Shown: positions 38,658 through 48,945, counted from the first letter of the stretch. The stretch: DNA of 63,310 nucleotides from Kiritimatiellia bacterium (GCA_017648065.1 JAGCJJ010000083.1:1-63310), one strand, 5' to 3'. Made by a program: numbers and translations. Notes: a model not told the origin generated them from the sequence alone.

Positions 38658-39672
38658 GGGCTTTACTTTAATTGAATTAGTTCTGGTGCTGGTAATCCTT
38701 GCTATTGTAACAAATATTGCAATGGTGAATATGTTGGATTCTGTGCAAAATAAAAAACATGAGCAAGCAGCAAAGGAACTAGAGGCAATCAAAGAGGCTG
38801 TTGTTGGCTCAGAGGCTGGTGCATCTGCTTCTTTTGTTGGTACAATTGGTCGCCTTCCATTATCTCTTTCTGTACTTCTTGAGGGCAAGGACTCTGCCAC
38901 AGAGCGAGTTGCTTACGCTGCCACAGAGCTAATGGAGCAGGGCATGCTTCCTGCATATAAGCAAATTGAGTTGTCAGATAATAATTCCTTTGAGCGTAGT
39001 GCATCATCACCTGCTTATGATTCTGCTATGGATGATTTGGTCCGATTGGGCGTTGGCTGGAGAGGCCCATATCTGAAGTCGTCATCAGCTAAAGCCACAG
39101 CTACAGGTGTGCTTCACGATGCGTGGGGTAATGTGATGGCTGCTCCTGATGCAGCTCTGCTTAATGGACGCCTTGCAGATGTTAATTCAAATGCAGTAGT
39201 TTCTGCTGGGGTTGAGATTGGTGGCATGGTCCACTTTGGTGAGGATGGCCGCCCAGATGCATTTGTTGCTCCTAAAGAGGCTGCACAACGCGATGGTGCT
39301 GCTATGTTTAATGCTTATGCAGCTCTTCCTGTTGAGGTGCAGCTACAGACTCCTGCAGGCGCAGCTGTCCTAGTAGATACACTTTCAAGTGGCGGTTTGT
39401 TTGTTGCGCGCCTTTATTTGCCATGCATTGAAGGTGGCGAAGCAAAGGTGAAAATTGTGGAACAAGACCCTGCCACAACACCAGTAAGTAATTGTGTTCA
39501 ATTTGATTTTTCAAATGTGCCAGTTGGTACACATCCTTTAGTTGTTAAGCATAAGCCAACAGGTAGGGTTTGGTATCAAACTGTTGAGCTTACGCCATTG
39601 TCTTATGGGCAAAACACCTACGAGGCATGTCGTTTGAAGATTACAATTCCATCAACTCTAATTACGCAATGA
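38647..39672 (+). CDS. prepilin-type N-terminal cleavage/methylation domain protein (large pilin-like)
   Basis: MRNKG|FTLIELVLVLVILAIV. A GGGAGGA RBS lies 8 nt upstream of ATG 38647. It overlaps the upstream gene. Confidence 0.8.
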   Translation: MRNKGFTLIELVLVLVILAIVTNIAMVNMLDSVQNKKHEQAAKELEAIKEAVVGSEAGASASFVGTIGRLPLSLSVLLEGKDSATERVAYAATELMEQGMLPAYKQIELSDNNSFERSASSPAYDSAMDDLVRLGVGWRGPYLKSSSAKATATGVLHDAWGNVMAAPDAALLNGRLADVNSNAVVSAGVEIGGMVHFGEDGRPDAFVAPKEAAQRDGAAMFNAYAALPVEVQLQTPAGAAVLVDTLSSGGLFVARLYLPCIEGGEAKVKIVEQDPATTPVSNCVQFDFSNVPVGTHPLVVKHKPTGRVWYQTVELTPLSYGQNTYEACRLKITIPSTLITQ

Positions 39673-40817
39673 AGATAATTTGTAAGAAAAATGAGCAAAT
39701 AATTTTAGAGCTCGGTAGTACAGTAGTTACGGCTTATCTTGCAAAAGAAGGTAAGCTAGTGCAGTTTGCTCGCCCTGCTGCAAATACACAGGCAGAGGTG
39801 CTTGCTGCAATTTTTGCGAATGAGCTGTCAATTCAAAAGAAGGCAGAGCTTGTTTTATTGAGTGCAGATTGCTTTAGCCAGATGGTTGCACTTACAGCAG
39901 CTCAGCAGCAAGGCTTATCTCCACAGGAGCTTCGCGGTGTGCTTGCTTATGAGGTAGAGCCTTTCTCAGGAATTGTTCCTCAAAGTGCTGTGCTTGCTTA
40001 TGCTTCAAGTGGAGCAGAATTTTCTGTGTTAGAAATTGAAGCATCTGAATTTAATAATCTTGTACAAGTGGCTCGTGCTAACTCAGTGGAGCTAAAGGCA
40101 ATCTTGCATGCAGGTAATCAATTTATAGAAGAATCAGAAGAGCAGAAGGAAGCTCGCCTAAAGAAGATAGCTGCTACTGGTCTGGAGCAGCTTGCAAAGT
40201 CTGAACCTGTAATTGTTGCGAAGGATATTACAAGCGCTAACACTGGCTTTTTAGAGCTCTCACCTGAGGCATTTAAGCGCTTACTTCTGCGTGTTGCTGT
40301 TGCAGTAGCAATTCTTTGTGGTCTGCATTATTTGCTTATGGATAAGGTTGTCCTAGAGGAAAAGCAAAGCGAGGTAGCAAAGCTAGAGGAGCCTGTCGCT
40401 AAAATCAATAATGCACGCAATTCTCTTTCAAAACTAAACAGAGAGATTAAAAAGCTTAAGGAAAATGGTGCTGATACAGGTGATAACAGCACAAAACTTG
40501 CTGCACGACATTTTGCTTGGAATGCAATGTTTACAATTGTAGGCTCTTCCTGCGGTGATTTTGCTTTTGTGAAGGGAATAGAGTCACCTGCATCAAATGA
40601 TGTTTGCATAAAGCTGTTCAGTGTACATAAAGATGCTGAGCTGAGATTTTACGAAATGCTCACAAAGAATAAGCTTTGTATGAATGGGTGGGAAATAATT
40701 ACACAAAAATCACGTGCTATGTCACAAAATGAATTTCATGTGTATTTGTCATACAATGAAGCAAATGCAGTAAATGCATATTTAGCTTCTCAGGCTAATT
40801 CAAAGGAGGGTAAATAA
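39669..40817 (+). CDS. bitopic assembly-platform candidate (GspL / PilM-PilN-like architecture)
   Basis: ~210-aa cytoplasmic domain, one TM (LLLRVAVAVAILCGLHYLLM), then a coiled coil and a ~130-aa domain. ATGA overlap with the pilin gene. Assigned by architecture and position only. Confidence 0.45.
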   Translation: MKIICKKNEQIILELGSTVVTAYLAKEGKLVQFARPAANTQAEVLAAIFANELSIQKKAELVLLSADCFSQMVALTAAQQQGLSPQELRGVLAYEVEPFSGIVPQSAVLAYASSGAEFSVLEIEASEFNNLVQVARANSVELKAILHAGNQFIEESEEQKEARLKKIAATGLEQLAKSEPVIVAKDITSANTGFLELSPEAFKRLLLRVAVAVAILCGLHYLLMDKVVLEEKQSEVAKLEEPVAKINNARNSLSKLNREIKKLKENGADTGDNSTKLAARHFAWNAMFTIVGSSCGDFAFVKGIESPASNDVCIKLFSVHKDAELRFYEMLTKNKLCMNGWEIITQKSRAMSQNEFHVYLSYNEANAVNAYLASQANSKEGK

Positions 40818-40820
40818 GCT

Positions 40821-41432
40821 ATGTTAACAATTACAAAGCGTGATAAAATATTTGCCCTCATAGCACTTCCTGTTGCTATAATTGCATTTTATGCTTGGGC
40901 ATTTGGTGCAGAGTTGCATGATACCTGCGGTGCATATAATGAACGCATTGAGCAACTCGGTACAGTGGATGAGCTTGAGTCTGAGCTTGCTTTGATCAAT
41001 AGTCAGATTCGTAAAGCACAAGCAGAGCTTGCGGCATTAAAGAATAATAATGCACCTGTGGTATCAAATAAGATAACAGAAAATGCTTGTGAGATATGCA
41101 ACAAGAATAATTGCCATGGTGGTGCTTTTTGCTCAAATTTAGGTGCAAGACTTGATGCATTCAGAGCTTTATTGGCAGAGCATGATATTAAGCTGTTGGC
41201 AAGCTCACGTATTGCCACAAGTGATTCAGACGCCACATCTATTGGATTACTAAACAATTATCCTGATTGTCAGCGTTGGAATATGTCAATAGAAGCTACT
41301 TATCCTGCATTGACAGATTTATTTAAAAAATGTGCAAATGAAAAGTATCCATTTGTGATTGATTCAATTGGTATGGTGCGCAGTCCAAGCGATAATAAGC
41401 AAAAGCTTTGGACAATTCAAATAATGCTTTAA
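40821..41432 (+). CDS. bitopic protein, PilO/GspM-like by architecture
   Basis: N-terminal TM (IFALIALPVAIIAFYAW), a coiled coil, then a Cys cluster (CEICNKNNCHGGAFC). The start lies 3 nt after the upstream stop. Confidence 0.4.
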   Translation: MLTITKRDKIFALIALPVAIIAFYAWAFGAELHDTCGAYNERIEQLGTVDELESELALINSQIRKAQAELAALKNNNAPVVSNKITENACEICNKNNCHGGAFCSNLGARLDAFRALLAEHDIKLLASSRIATSDSDATSIGLLNNYPDCQRWNMSIEATYPALTDLFKKCANEKYPFVIDSIGMVRSPSDNKQKLWTIQIML

Positions 41433-41463
41433 TAAAGCAATATTATCAAACAGGATTTTTATT

Positions 41464-42540
41464 ATGAAGAACGAAGTTTTATTAAATCTCTTCAAGTGCT
41501 GCGAAGAATTTTCTGCCTCAGATATTCATATTACAAGTGGTGAGGTGCCATATTTGCGCATTCAAGGCAAATTGATACAGGTACCAAATTATGCAAGCAT
41601 TTCTGCAAGCGAGGCTAGAGAGCTTGCTCTTTGCTTGCTACGCGAGATGAATGGAGAGGGTAGCGATGAGGCAAATCAAAAGCAGCTCGCCTCCACACAG
41701 GCAATAGATGGAGCAGTCACCTCTGCTGCAGGCTCACGCTATCGCTTCAATATTTTTAAGCAAAATAATGGCTATGGTGTAGCACTTCGTAGATTGGATG
41801 ATAAATTTCAAACAATCAGCCAGTTAGGCCTTCCTGAGCAGCTGGCTTCTTTTTGTAAGCTTACACATGGCCTCGTGATTGTATCAGGCCCTACAGGTTC
41901 AGGTAAGAGCACCACAATTGCTACACTTCTTGATATGATTAACTCCTCTCGCTCTGGTCATATAATTACAATTGAAGACCCAATTGAATATATACACAAA
42001 TCAAAGCAATGCCTTGTTCAACAGCGCCAGATTGGACGCGATGCATTATGCTTTAATGCAGCATTAGTTGAAGCATTACGCCAAGACCCTGACACAATTT
42101 TTGTTGGAGAAATCCGCGAAATTGAAACAATGCGTACAGCAATTACTGCAGCAGAGACAGGTCATCTTGTTTTTACAACCCTTCATTCTGGCGATACCGT
42201 TGGTGCGATAGAGCGCTTTGTGTCTGTGTTCCCTGAAGGCGAGCAAGACAGCATTCGACAGCAGTTGTCTTTGGTACTTCGTGGCGTATTTGCACAGCGC
42301 TTGCTTCCTGCAAAGGAAGAGGGGGAGCGTCGCGTAGTTTGCAATGAGCTGCTTCTCATAACTCCAGCAGTTTCAAATTTGATTGCTACAGGAAAATCTC
42401 GTCAAATTGCATCAATGATGCAGACTGGCCGTTCATCTGGTATGATTACCTTTGATGAGTCTCTTAATCAGCTATATTCAAGCGGAAAAATTTCCCAAGA
42501 AACCTATAGCTCAATGGCTGTTACTGCAAGTGCCAGATAG
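41464..42540 (+). CDS. pilT: type IV pilus retraction ATPase PilT family
   Basis: 358 aa, collinear with P. aeruginosa PilT: ASDIHI, GPTGSGKSTT, ITIEDPIEY, AAETGHLVFTTLH. Confidence 0.9.
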   Translation: MKNEVLLNLFKCCEEFSASDIHITSGEVPYLRIQGKLIQVPNYASISASEARELALCLLREMNGEGSDEANQKQLASTQAIDGAVTSAAGSRYRFNIFKQNNGYGVALRRLDDKFQTISQLGLPEQLASFCKLTHGLVIVSGPTGSGKSTTIATLLDMINSSRSGHIITIEDPIEYIHKSKQCLVQQRQIGRDALCFNAALVEALRQDPDTIFVGEIREIETMRTAITAAETGHLVFTTLHSGDTVGAIERFVSVFPEGEQDSIRQQLSLVLRGVFAQRLLPAKEEGERRVVCNELLLITPAVSNLIATGKSRQIASMMQTGRSSGMITFDESLNQLYSSGKISQETYSSMAVTASAR

Positions 42541-42556
42541 TGGTTAGGAATTTATT

Positions 42557-44047
42557 ATGAATAATAACGAAGAAAAGATTTCTCTCCAGAATGTACAAAT
42601 AGACCCACGCTGGGCATTGCGCATAAACCCTGCAATTGCTATGCGCAGGCTTGCATTGCCAATTTGCAAGCTAGGTGATGAGCTGGTTGTTGCTATGGCT
42701 GATGGTAATGATAAGCAGACAATTGCAGCAATAGAGGCAGCAGCAGGACTTCGCGTACGCACTATTATTGCAGAGCAAGCAGAATTGCGCCAGGCATTGC
42801 TTCGCGTGTATGGAGATGCACGCAGTGGGGCGACAGACTCTGCCACAGCAATTGAGAGCTCGGACGATCCAGTGGCAATTGTGGATGCATTTGTTCGTGC
42901 AGCAGTGATTCGCCAAGCCTCTGATATTCATGTAGAGCCTACCCGTACAGGATTGCGCATCCGTTTTCGCGTTGATGGCGTGCTAGAAGAATTTGCTGCA
43001 CTTCCACAGAGTGTTCAGGCAGCTGTTTGCAGCCGCATCAAGGTGCTGGCAGGACTTGATATTGCTGAAAAGCGTGCTGCACAGGATGGTTCCTTTACTT
43101 GGCTTCCACCAGCTACAGGTAATTCACGCAGCAAGGTTCCCCCTTATGATGTGCGTGTAGCAACACTTCCTGTACGCTATGGCGAGCGTATTACAATGCG
43201 CTTGCTAGAGACAGGCAATTCACGTATTTTACTAAATGATTTAGGTTTATGTGATGAGCATAATGCTCAGCTGACAAGTGTGCTTGCCCGCCCTCATGGT
43301 CTTGTGCTTTTGACTGGTCCTACAGGCTCTGGAAAAACAACAACACTTTATGCAGCTATCCAGCATTTGCTTGAAACCGCCTCACTAAATATTCTTACAG
43401 TTGAAGATCCTATTGAATATGAGACAGAGGGAATTTCTCAAGTTGAGGTAGACAGCAGCGATAAGGTTAATTTTGCTAAAGCATTGCGCAGCCTTTTGCG
43501 TCACGACCCAGATGTTGTGATGATTGGTGAGATACGTGATGCAGAATCTCTTGATGCTGCAGTAAAAGCCGCGCTTACCGGCCATCTTGTGCTTTCCACA
43601 CTTCACACAAATGATGCACCAAGTGCAGTTACTCGTTTGCGTGATATGGGTCTTGAACCTCATCTTATTGCTGCAACTCTGCGCTTATCTGTAGCACAGC
43701 GCCTTGTTCGCCGTCTTTGTCCTGAATGTGCAGAAAAATATGCACTTACCCAAGCAGAGGCAAATAGCTTGGGCCGCCCAGAGCTCGTTGGCTCTGATGC
43801 ATATAAGCCATGTGGTTGCCTGGCATGCTCAGGCAGGGGATATGTAGGCCGCGTAGGTTTATTTGAATTTATGCTTCCTACAGCAAAGCTGTCAGAACAA
43901 ATAGCTGCAGATGCTCCTCTTGGAGAGCTGATTGCTCAAATGAAGGAAGAAAAGCAGCGCTTGCTTATTGATGATGCAATAGCAAAGATTCAGGCAGGTG
44001 TAACAACTGTTGCCGAAGCAATGACAGCAATTGATTCTGGCAGATAA
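42557..44047 (+). CDS. GspE/PilB family type II secretion / type IV pilus assembly ATPase
   Basis: T2SSE N-terminal domain, GPTGSGKTTT, TVEDPIEY, LTGHLVLSTLHTND, and a tetracysteine CPEC...CGCLAC. Confidence 0.9.
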   Translation: MNNNEEKISLQNVQIDPRWALRINPAIAMRRLALPICKLGDELVVAMADGNDKQTIAAIEAAAGLRVRTIIAEQAELRQALLRVYGDARSGATDSATAIESSDDPVAIVDAFVRAAVIRQASDIHVEPTRTGLRIRFRVDGVLEEFAALPQSVQAAVCSRIKVLAGLDIAEKRAAQDGSFTWLPPATGNSRSKVPPYDVRVATLPVRYGERITMRLLETGNSRILLNDLGLCDEHNAQLTSVLARPHGLVLLTGPTGSGKTTTLYAAIQHLLETASLNILTVEDPIEYETEGISQVEVDSSDKVNFAKALRSLLRHDPDVVMIGEIRDAESLDAAVKAALTGHLVLSTLHTNDAPSAVTRLRDMGLEPHLIAATLRLSVAQRLVRRLCPECAEKYALTQAEANSLGRPELVGSDAYKPCGCLACSGRGYVGRVGLFEFMLPTAKLSEQIAADAPLGELIAQMKEEKQRLLIDDAIAKIQAGVTTVAEAMTAIDSGR

Positions 44048-44117
44048 TTTTTCTGCCAGAGAACAAATTGTATGTGCTATACGTTTATATATAGTGCAAA
44101 AGAAAGAAAAATAATTC

Positions 44118-45344
44118 ATGGCTCAATTTTCATATAAAATCAAAACACGCGCAGGCGTTCTGCAAACAGGAATCCGAGAGGCTGCCTCTTCAGCGATTCT
44201 TGCGGAGCAATTGCGTCTTGATGGAAATATAATTATTGAGCTGACAGAGGTACATAAGCCATTAGAGCAAAGCCCAGCTAATGCACCTTGGTATTCTTTA
44301 GGCTGGCTGAAGCCTGTGCGTTCTCTTGATATTGAATTAGGCCTGCGCGAGCTTGCATATATGCTAAGAAGTGGCGTGCCAATTGTTGCTGCGTTGCAGA
44401 CGGTTGAGGAGCAAGCAGAGAGTCCACGTGCAGCATTAGTGTGGTCACGCGTTCGCACACGTATTTCGCAAGGTGCAAGTGTTTCAGATGCACTTGCAGG
44501 CGAAAAAGGTGTGTTCGCAGACGAGCAAATTCAGCTGGCAATTGCCGGTGAGCATACTGGTGAGCTTGAGCAGGTGTTTACGCGTGCTGCAAATCAATTG
44601 GAGGCGCGACGCAAGCTCCGCATGACAGTAATAAATGCTCTTGTTTATCCTGTGCTTGCATTACTTCTTGCATTTGCTGTTTCCATATATCTTGTTGTTT
44701 CAGTAATCCCAAAAATGGCACAATTTTTGCAACAAGGAAATGCAGAACTCCCAGCATTGACTCAGGTTCTTGTTGATATTTCAGATTGGCTTCATCTTAA
44801 TGCCTTACCTCTCGCAATAGCAATTGGTGGCACAGTGCTCGCATGGATAATTGTTCGTATGTACCCCTTGGGTCGCATACTTGAGGATGCGTTTTTATTG
44901 CGACTCCCAATTGCAGGCAAGGTATTGCGTCTTTCCGCAACAACAAATTTTGCCAGAACAATGTCTCTTTTAATTGAGAGTGGCGTTACTTTAATAGATT
45001 CGCTTCGTGTTTCCGCTAATATGCTAGAGAATCGCCGCTTGAGGGCTAGGGTGGAGGAAGCACGAGAGAGAGTAATAAAAGGCGAGTCGCTCGCTCAGGC
45101 TTTGAGACCAGCTAAGGAATTTATGCCTATGCTTTCTCGTATGACAGCTGTTGCGGAAACTACAGGTGATCTTTCAGAGACTTTTAAAGAAGTGGCAGAG
45201 TTTCACGATACACTTTTGGGTATTGTGGTGCGTCGCTTAAGTGTGGTAATGGAGCCAATTATGATACTTATTACAGGTGTAGTAGTTGGTTTTGTTTATT
45301 TAGCCTTTTTCATGGCTCTATTCACAATGGGCACAATGCAGTAA
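44118..45344 (+). CDS. GspF/PilC family inner-membrane platform protein
   Basis: 408 aa with a duplicated T2SSF domain organisation and three TM segments. Confidence 0.85.
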   Translation: MAQFSYKIKTRAGVLQTGIREAASSAILAEQLRLDGNIIIELTEVHKPLEQSPANAPWYSLGWLKPVRSLDIELGLRELAYMLRSGVPIVAALQTVEEQAESPRAALVWSRVRTRISQGASVSDALAGEKGVFADEQIQLAIAGEHTGELEQVFTRAANQLEARRKLRMTVINALVYPVLALLLAFAVSIYLVVSVIPKMAQFLQQGNAELPALTQVLVDISDWLHLNALPLAIAIGGTVLAWIIVRMYPLGRILEDAFLLRLPIAGKVLRLSATTNFARTMSLLIESGVTLIDSLRVSANMLENRRLRARVEEARERVIKGESLAQALRPAKEFMPMLSRMTAVAETTGDLSETFKEVAEFHDTLLGIVVRRLSVVMEPIMILITGVVVGFVYLAFFMALFTMGTMQ

Positions 45345-45388
45345 ATTTAATCAATCGGAGCAGCCGATATTTTTCAGGTAAATAAATT

Positions 45389-47443
45389 ATGAAAATAAAT
45401 AAAATATTCACATCATTAACAGTATTACTTAGCGCAGTTGTAGTATTTGCAAATGACCCTACTACAGCATCAGAGAAGCTAGCAGACGAAATTAAGTCTC
45501 AGCTCACAGAATTGCAAAGCTTTAAGCTTTCCGCCCTGGTTTGTGGTGAGGCAGATAAAGGAGTAGCGATTATTGTAGCACCTAATGGGAAAGAATATTT
45601 TCTTCGTCCTGATTCATCAATTCAGTATGAATATTCCGGAGTACCAATAAAGCTTGATATTAAATCAATTACAGCAGAAGGTGTTCAGCTGGAGGCTCCA
45701 ACACTAAATGAGAAGCTATGGATTGGTACAAGCTATAAGCTTTCAAATGCAGCAAAGCAAACTGAGAATGATGGCGTTTTATCCCATGTAGAAGCTAATA
45801 ACTTTGAGCTAGGGCAGTTGGTTCGCTTGCTTTCTGAACAGGTAGGAGTAAATATTTCTGCTTCAGAAAATGCTGCAAGCATAAAGGTATCTGTATTTCT
45901 AAGAAATGTACCAATCAATGTAGTTGTTGAAGAAGTATGCAGAGCACATAATTTATGGTATCGCACAGATGAAAAGAGTGGCATTGTCCGTATTACAACA
46001 ATGAAAGAATACGAGGGCAGCCTTCAAACCTTCCGTGAGGAGCAAACTCGTACCTTCACTTTGCTTTATCCAAATGTAATTGAGATCGCATCTGTAATCT
46101 ATGGACTTTATCCTGAGCGCGTATATTTAACTCTTGGCGAGACAGATATTCTTGATGATGAATTGAATGATTTGAGCCGACGCTTTGAGCGTCTTGAAAT
46201 GATTGATTCATCAAGTGCTGGTTCTTTCCTTAAAATTGATCCAGGCAATATTTCTGCTCGTGGTACATCTGGTGATGCATTTAACTCTTCTGACAACAAC
46301 AATCGCAATCTTTCCAGAGATTATTCAAATAAAGAAAACTTTGGAGGAATGACCACAGAAGCAGCTGCCCAACTTGAGGCAGCACGTGGTAACGAAGAGG
46401 AATTTCGTAAAAAGTTGGATTTGTTCCGCAATCAGGCACCAAGCATCTTTGTTACAGTAAGCCGCAAGAATAATATTATCATTGTTCGTACAAGCGATCC
46501 AAAGGTAATGGATGAAATATCCACATTGATTAAAAAGTTGGATGTGGCAACACCAAGTGTAATGCTTGAAATGAAAATTGTTCAAGTTACACTTGATGAT
46601 GAATTTAATTCTACTTTTGAGTATGAAATTAAGTCAGACAATACAATCAATGGAAATGTGTATTCATCACTTGCTGGTTTCCCAGGTTTTAATCCACTAG
46701 CAAATACACCTCGTACAGATTCATTCTCGTATTCATTGATAAGCGATCAATTCAGTGCTCGCATTCAGTTGTTAGAGAAAGATGGCAAGGCAAAGCTAAT
46801 TGCCACACCAACACTACTTATAGCAAACAATGAGGTTTCACGCATCTTTATTGGAGAGGAGAAACCTATTACTACAGGAGTAAAGATGGAGCCAGTTACT
46901 GGTACAATTGATGGAATGACCTCAACAATTGGCTATACAGTAGAGCCTCAGATAGAGATGACACCAATTGGAACTACTCTTGTAATTGCACCAAATATCA
47001 ATGCAGATCGCAGTGTGGTAATTCGTCTTATGCAGGAGGAGTCATCTGTAAAGCAGAATGGTGGCTCAATTCCTTATGGTAATGCAAGTTCATTGCAGAC
47101 ATATAGTGTTGATACCATTCAGTCACGACGCATCAGCGGCACATTTATTACGCAAGATGGAATGTTGGCTGGTATTGGTGGTTTGATTACAGAGACAGAG
47201 ATAGAGCAAATTTCTCGTGTGCCAATTTTGGGTCGCATCCCACTTATTGGATTCTTATTCCGCAGTACAGAGCGCGTAAAGCAGCGTTCTGAGTTAGTAA
47301 TTCTGATTCGTCCACATGTAATTTGCACACCATTGGAGAGCGAGCGCGCAACAACAGAGTTGCTAGAGCGCATTGCACCAAAAACAACAAAAGCATTGGA
47401 TTTGGAGCAACCAGCAGCAGAACCAGAGTTAGGTAATAGATAA
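45389..47443 (+). CDS. secretin (GspD/PilQ family)
   Basis: Signal peptide. C-terminal secretin domain (ATPTLLIANNEVSRIFIGE ... VPILGRIPLIGFLFRS ... ELVILIRPHVI). Confidence 0.85.
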   Translation: MKINKIFTSLTVLLSAVVVFANDPTTASEKLADEIKSQLTELQSFKLSALVCGEADKGVAIIVAPNGKEYFLRPDSSIQYEYSGVPIKLDIKSITAEGVQLEAPTLNEKLWIGTSYKLSNAAKQTENDGVLSHVEANNFELGQLVRLLSEQVGVNISASENAASIKVSVFLRNVPINVVVEEVCRAHNLWYRTDEKSGIVRITTMKEYEGSLQTFREEQTRTFTLLYPNVIEIASVIYGLYPERVYLTLGETDILDDELNDLSRRFERLEMIDSSSAGSFLKIDPGNISARGTSGDAFNSSDNNNRNLSRDYSNKENFGGMTTEAAAQLEAARGNEEEFRKKLDLFRNQAPSIFVTVSRKNNIIIVRTSDPKVMDEISTLIKKLDVATPSVMLEMKIVQVTLDDEFNSTFEYEIKSDNTINGNVYSSLAGFPGFNPLANTPRTDSFSYSLISDQFSARIQLLEKDGKAKLIATPTLLIANNEVSRIFIGEEKPITTGVKMEPVTGTIDGMTSTIGYTVEPQIEMTPIGTTLVIAPNINADRSVVIRLMQEESSVKQNGGSIPYGNASSLQTYSVDTIQSRRISGTFITQDGMLAGIGGLITETEIEQISRVPILGRIPLIGFLFRSTERVKQRSELVILIRPHVICTPLESERATTELLERIAPKTTKALDLEQPAAEPELGNR

Positions 47444-47688
47444 TAGTGAATAACGAAAAGATTAGGTAAAATATTTTTGGGGAGAGCATTTGCTACCTAA
47501 AAGTGCGAAGTTTTAGACAGGATTGACTATAATTTTGTTTGGATTTTGTCGGATGCTGCGTGGTGGCTAGGAGCTGATTTTATTTTGGTTCGTAAATAAT
47601 TTTATTTGCTTGCAATATTCCTATTATGCTAAAATGTTCCTAAATTTAATAAAATCACTTTGTTGAAATATTCTTAAAGGAGAAATTT

Positions 47689-48870
47689 ATGAAACCAGTT
47701 TTATGTGAGCAGACTTGGCGTTGGTATGGTCCAAATGACCCTATTACACTTGCTGATATTAAGCAGACAGGTGTAACAGGCATTGTTAATGCATTGCATC
47801 ATATTCCTAATGGCGAGGTATGGACAGTTGAGGAAATCACAAAGCGTAAGGAAATTATTGAGGCTGCTGGACTTACTTGGTCAGTAGTTGAGAGTGTGCC
47901 TGTACATGAGCATATTAAGACACGCGAAGGCGAATTTCAGCGCTATATCGATAACTACAAGCAGTCTCTTCGTAATCTTGGTGCATGTGGAGTAAAGGTT
48001 GTTACATATAACTTTATGCCAGTTTTGGATTGGACTCGTACTGATCTTGCTTATACAATGCCAGATGGTTCTAAGGGACTTCGCTTTGAAAAGGCAGCAT
48101 TTGTTGCTTTTGAACTATTTATTTTGAAGCGTCCAGGAGCTGAGGCAGCATATACAGAGGCTGAGATTGCAAAGGCAAAGGCTCGCTTTGATGCTATGAG
48201 TGAGGATGAAAAGAATACGCTTGTTCGCAATATGATTGCAGGTCTGCCTGGTTCTGAGGAAAGCTTTACTATTGAGCAGTTCCAGCAGGCATTAGACCGC
48301 TATAAGGATATTGATGCAGATACTCTACGTGGAAATCTAATTGAATTCTTGAAGGAGATTTGCCCTGTTGCTGACGAGGCAGGTGTAAGCTTAGTAATTC
48401 ATGCTGATGATCCTCCATATCCAATTCTTGGCTTGCCTCGCATTATGAGCACAGCCGATGATTTCCAGGCAATTATTGATGCTGTGCCTAATAAGTCAAA
48501 TGGCTTGTGTTTCTGCACTGGCTCATTTGGCGTACGTGCAGACAATGATTTGCCAGATATGATGCGCCGCTTCGGAGATCGCATTAACTTTGTACATCTA
48601 CGCAGCACACAGGGTGATGAGGAAGGTAATTTCCATGAAGCAAATCACCTTGAGGGCGATGTTGATATGTATGGTGTAATGAAGGCTTTGCTTGAGGTGG
48701 AGCAGCGTCGCGGTGTTTCTATTGCTGTACGCCCAGACCATGGACACCAGATGATTGATGACTTGAATAAGAAGACAAATCCAGGTTACTCCTGCATTGG
48801 CCGTATGCGCGGTATTGCAGAGCTTCGCGGCCTAGAGATGGGAATTGCTTATTCTTTGTTCAATAAGTAA
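47689..48870 (+). CDS. uxuA: mannonate dehydratase
   Basis: [39 protein letters not shown] is almost collinear with E. coli UxuA. 393 aa. Confidence 0.95.
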   Translation: MKPVLCEQTWRWYGPNDPITLADIKQTGVTGIVNALHHIPNGEVWTVEEITKRKEIIEAAGLTWSVVESVPVHEHIKTREGEFQRYIDNYKQSLRNLGACGVKVVTYNFMPVLDWTRTDLAYTMPDGSKGLRFEKAAFVAFELFILKRPGAEAAYTEAEIAKAKARFDAMSEDEKNTLVRNMIAGLPGSEESFTIEQFQQALDRYKDIDADTLRGNLIEFLKEICPVADEAGVSLVIHADDPPYPILGLPRIMSTADDFQAIIDAVPNKSNGLCFCTGSFGVRADNDLPDMMRRFGDRINFVHLRSTQGDEEGNFHEANHLEGDVDMYGVMKALLEVEQRRGVSIAVRPDHGHQMIDDLNKKTNPGYSCIGRMRGIAELRGLEMGIAYSLFNK

Positions 48871-48909
48871 TTTTTGCGGTTGATAAAAATTACTGTTTAA
48901 CAAATTTAG

Positions 48910-48945
48910 TGCCGCGAGAGGTTTTGCCTCTTGCGGCATTCTTGT
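48910..48945 (+). terminator. intrinsic terminator after uxuA
   Basis: 12-bp stem tgccgcgagagg / cctcttgcggca (one G-U pair) followed by ttcttgt. Confidence 0.6.

Noticed and set aside
42544-42931. Minus-strand ORFs 42544-42846 and 42671-42931
   Set aside because: They are antisense to the 5' part of the GspE/PilB gene, in a GC-richer region where long spurious antisense ORFs are expected.
44123-44541. Minus-strand ORFs antisense to the 5' end of the GspF/PilC gene
   Set aside because: They overlap a gene with clear family architecture. They are GC-rich-region antisense artefacts.
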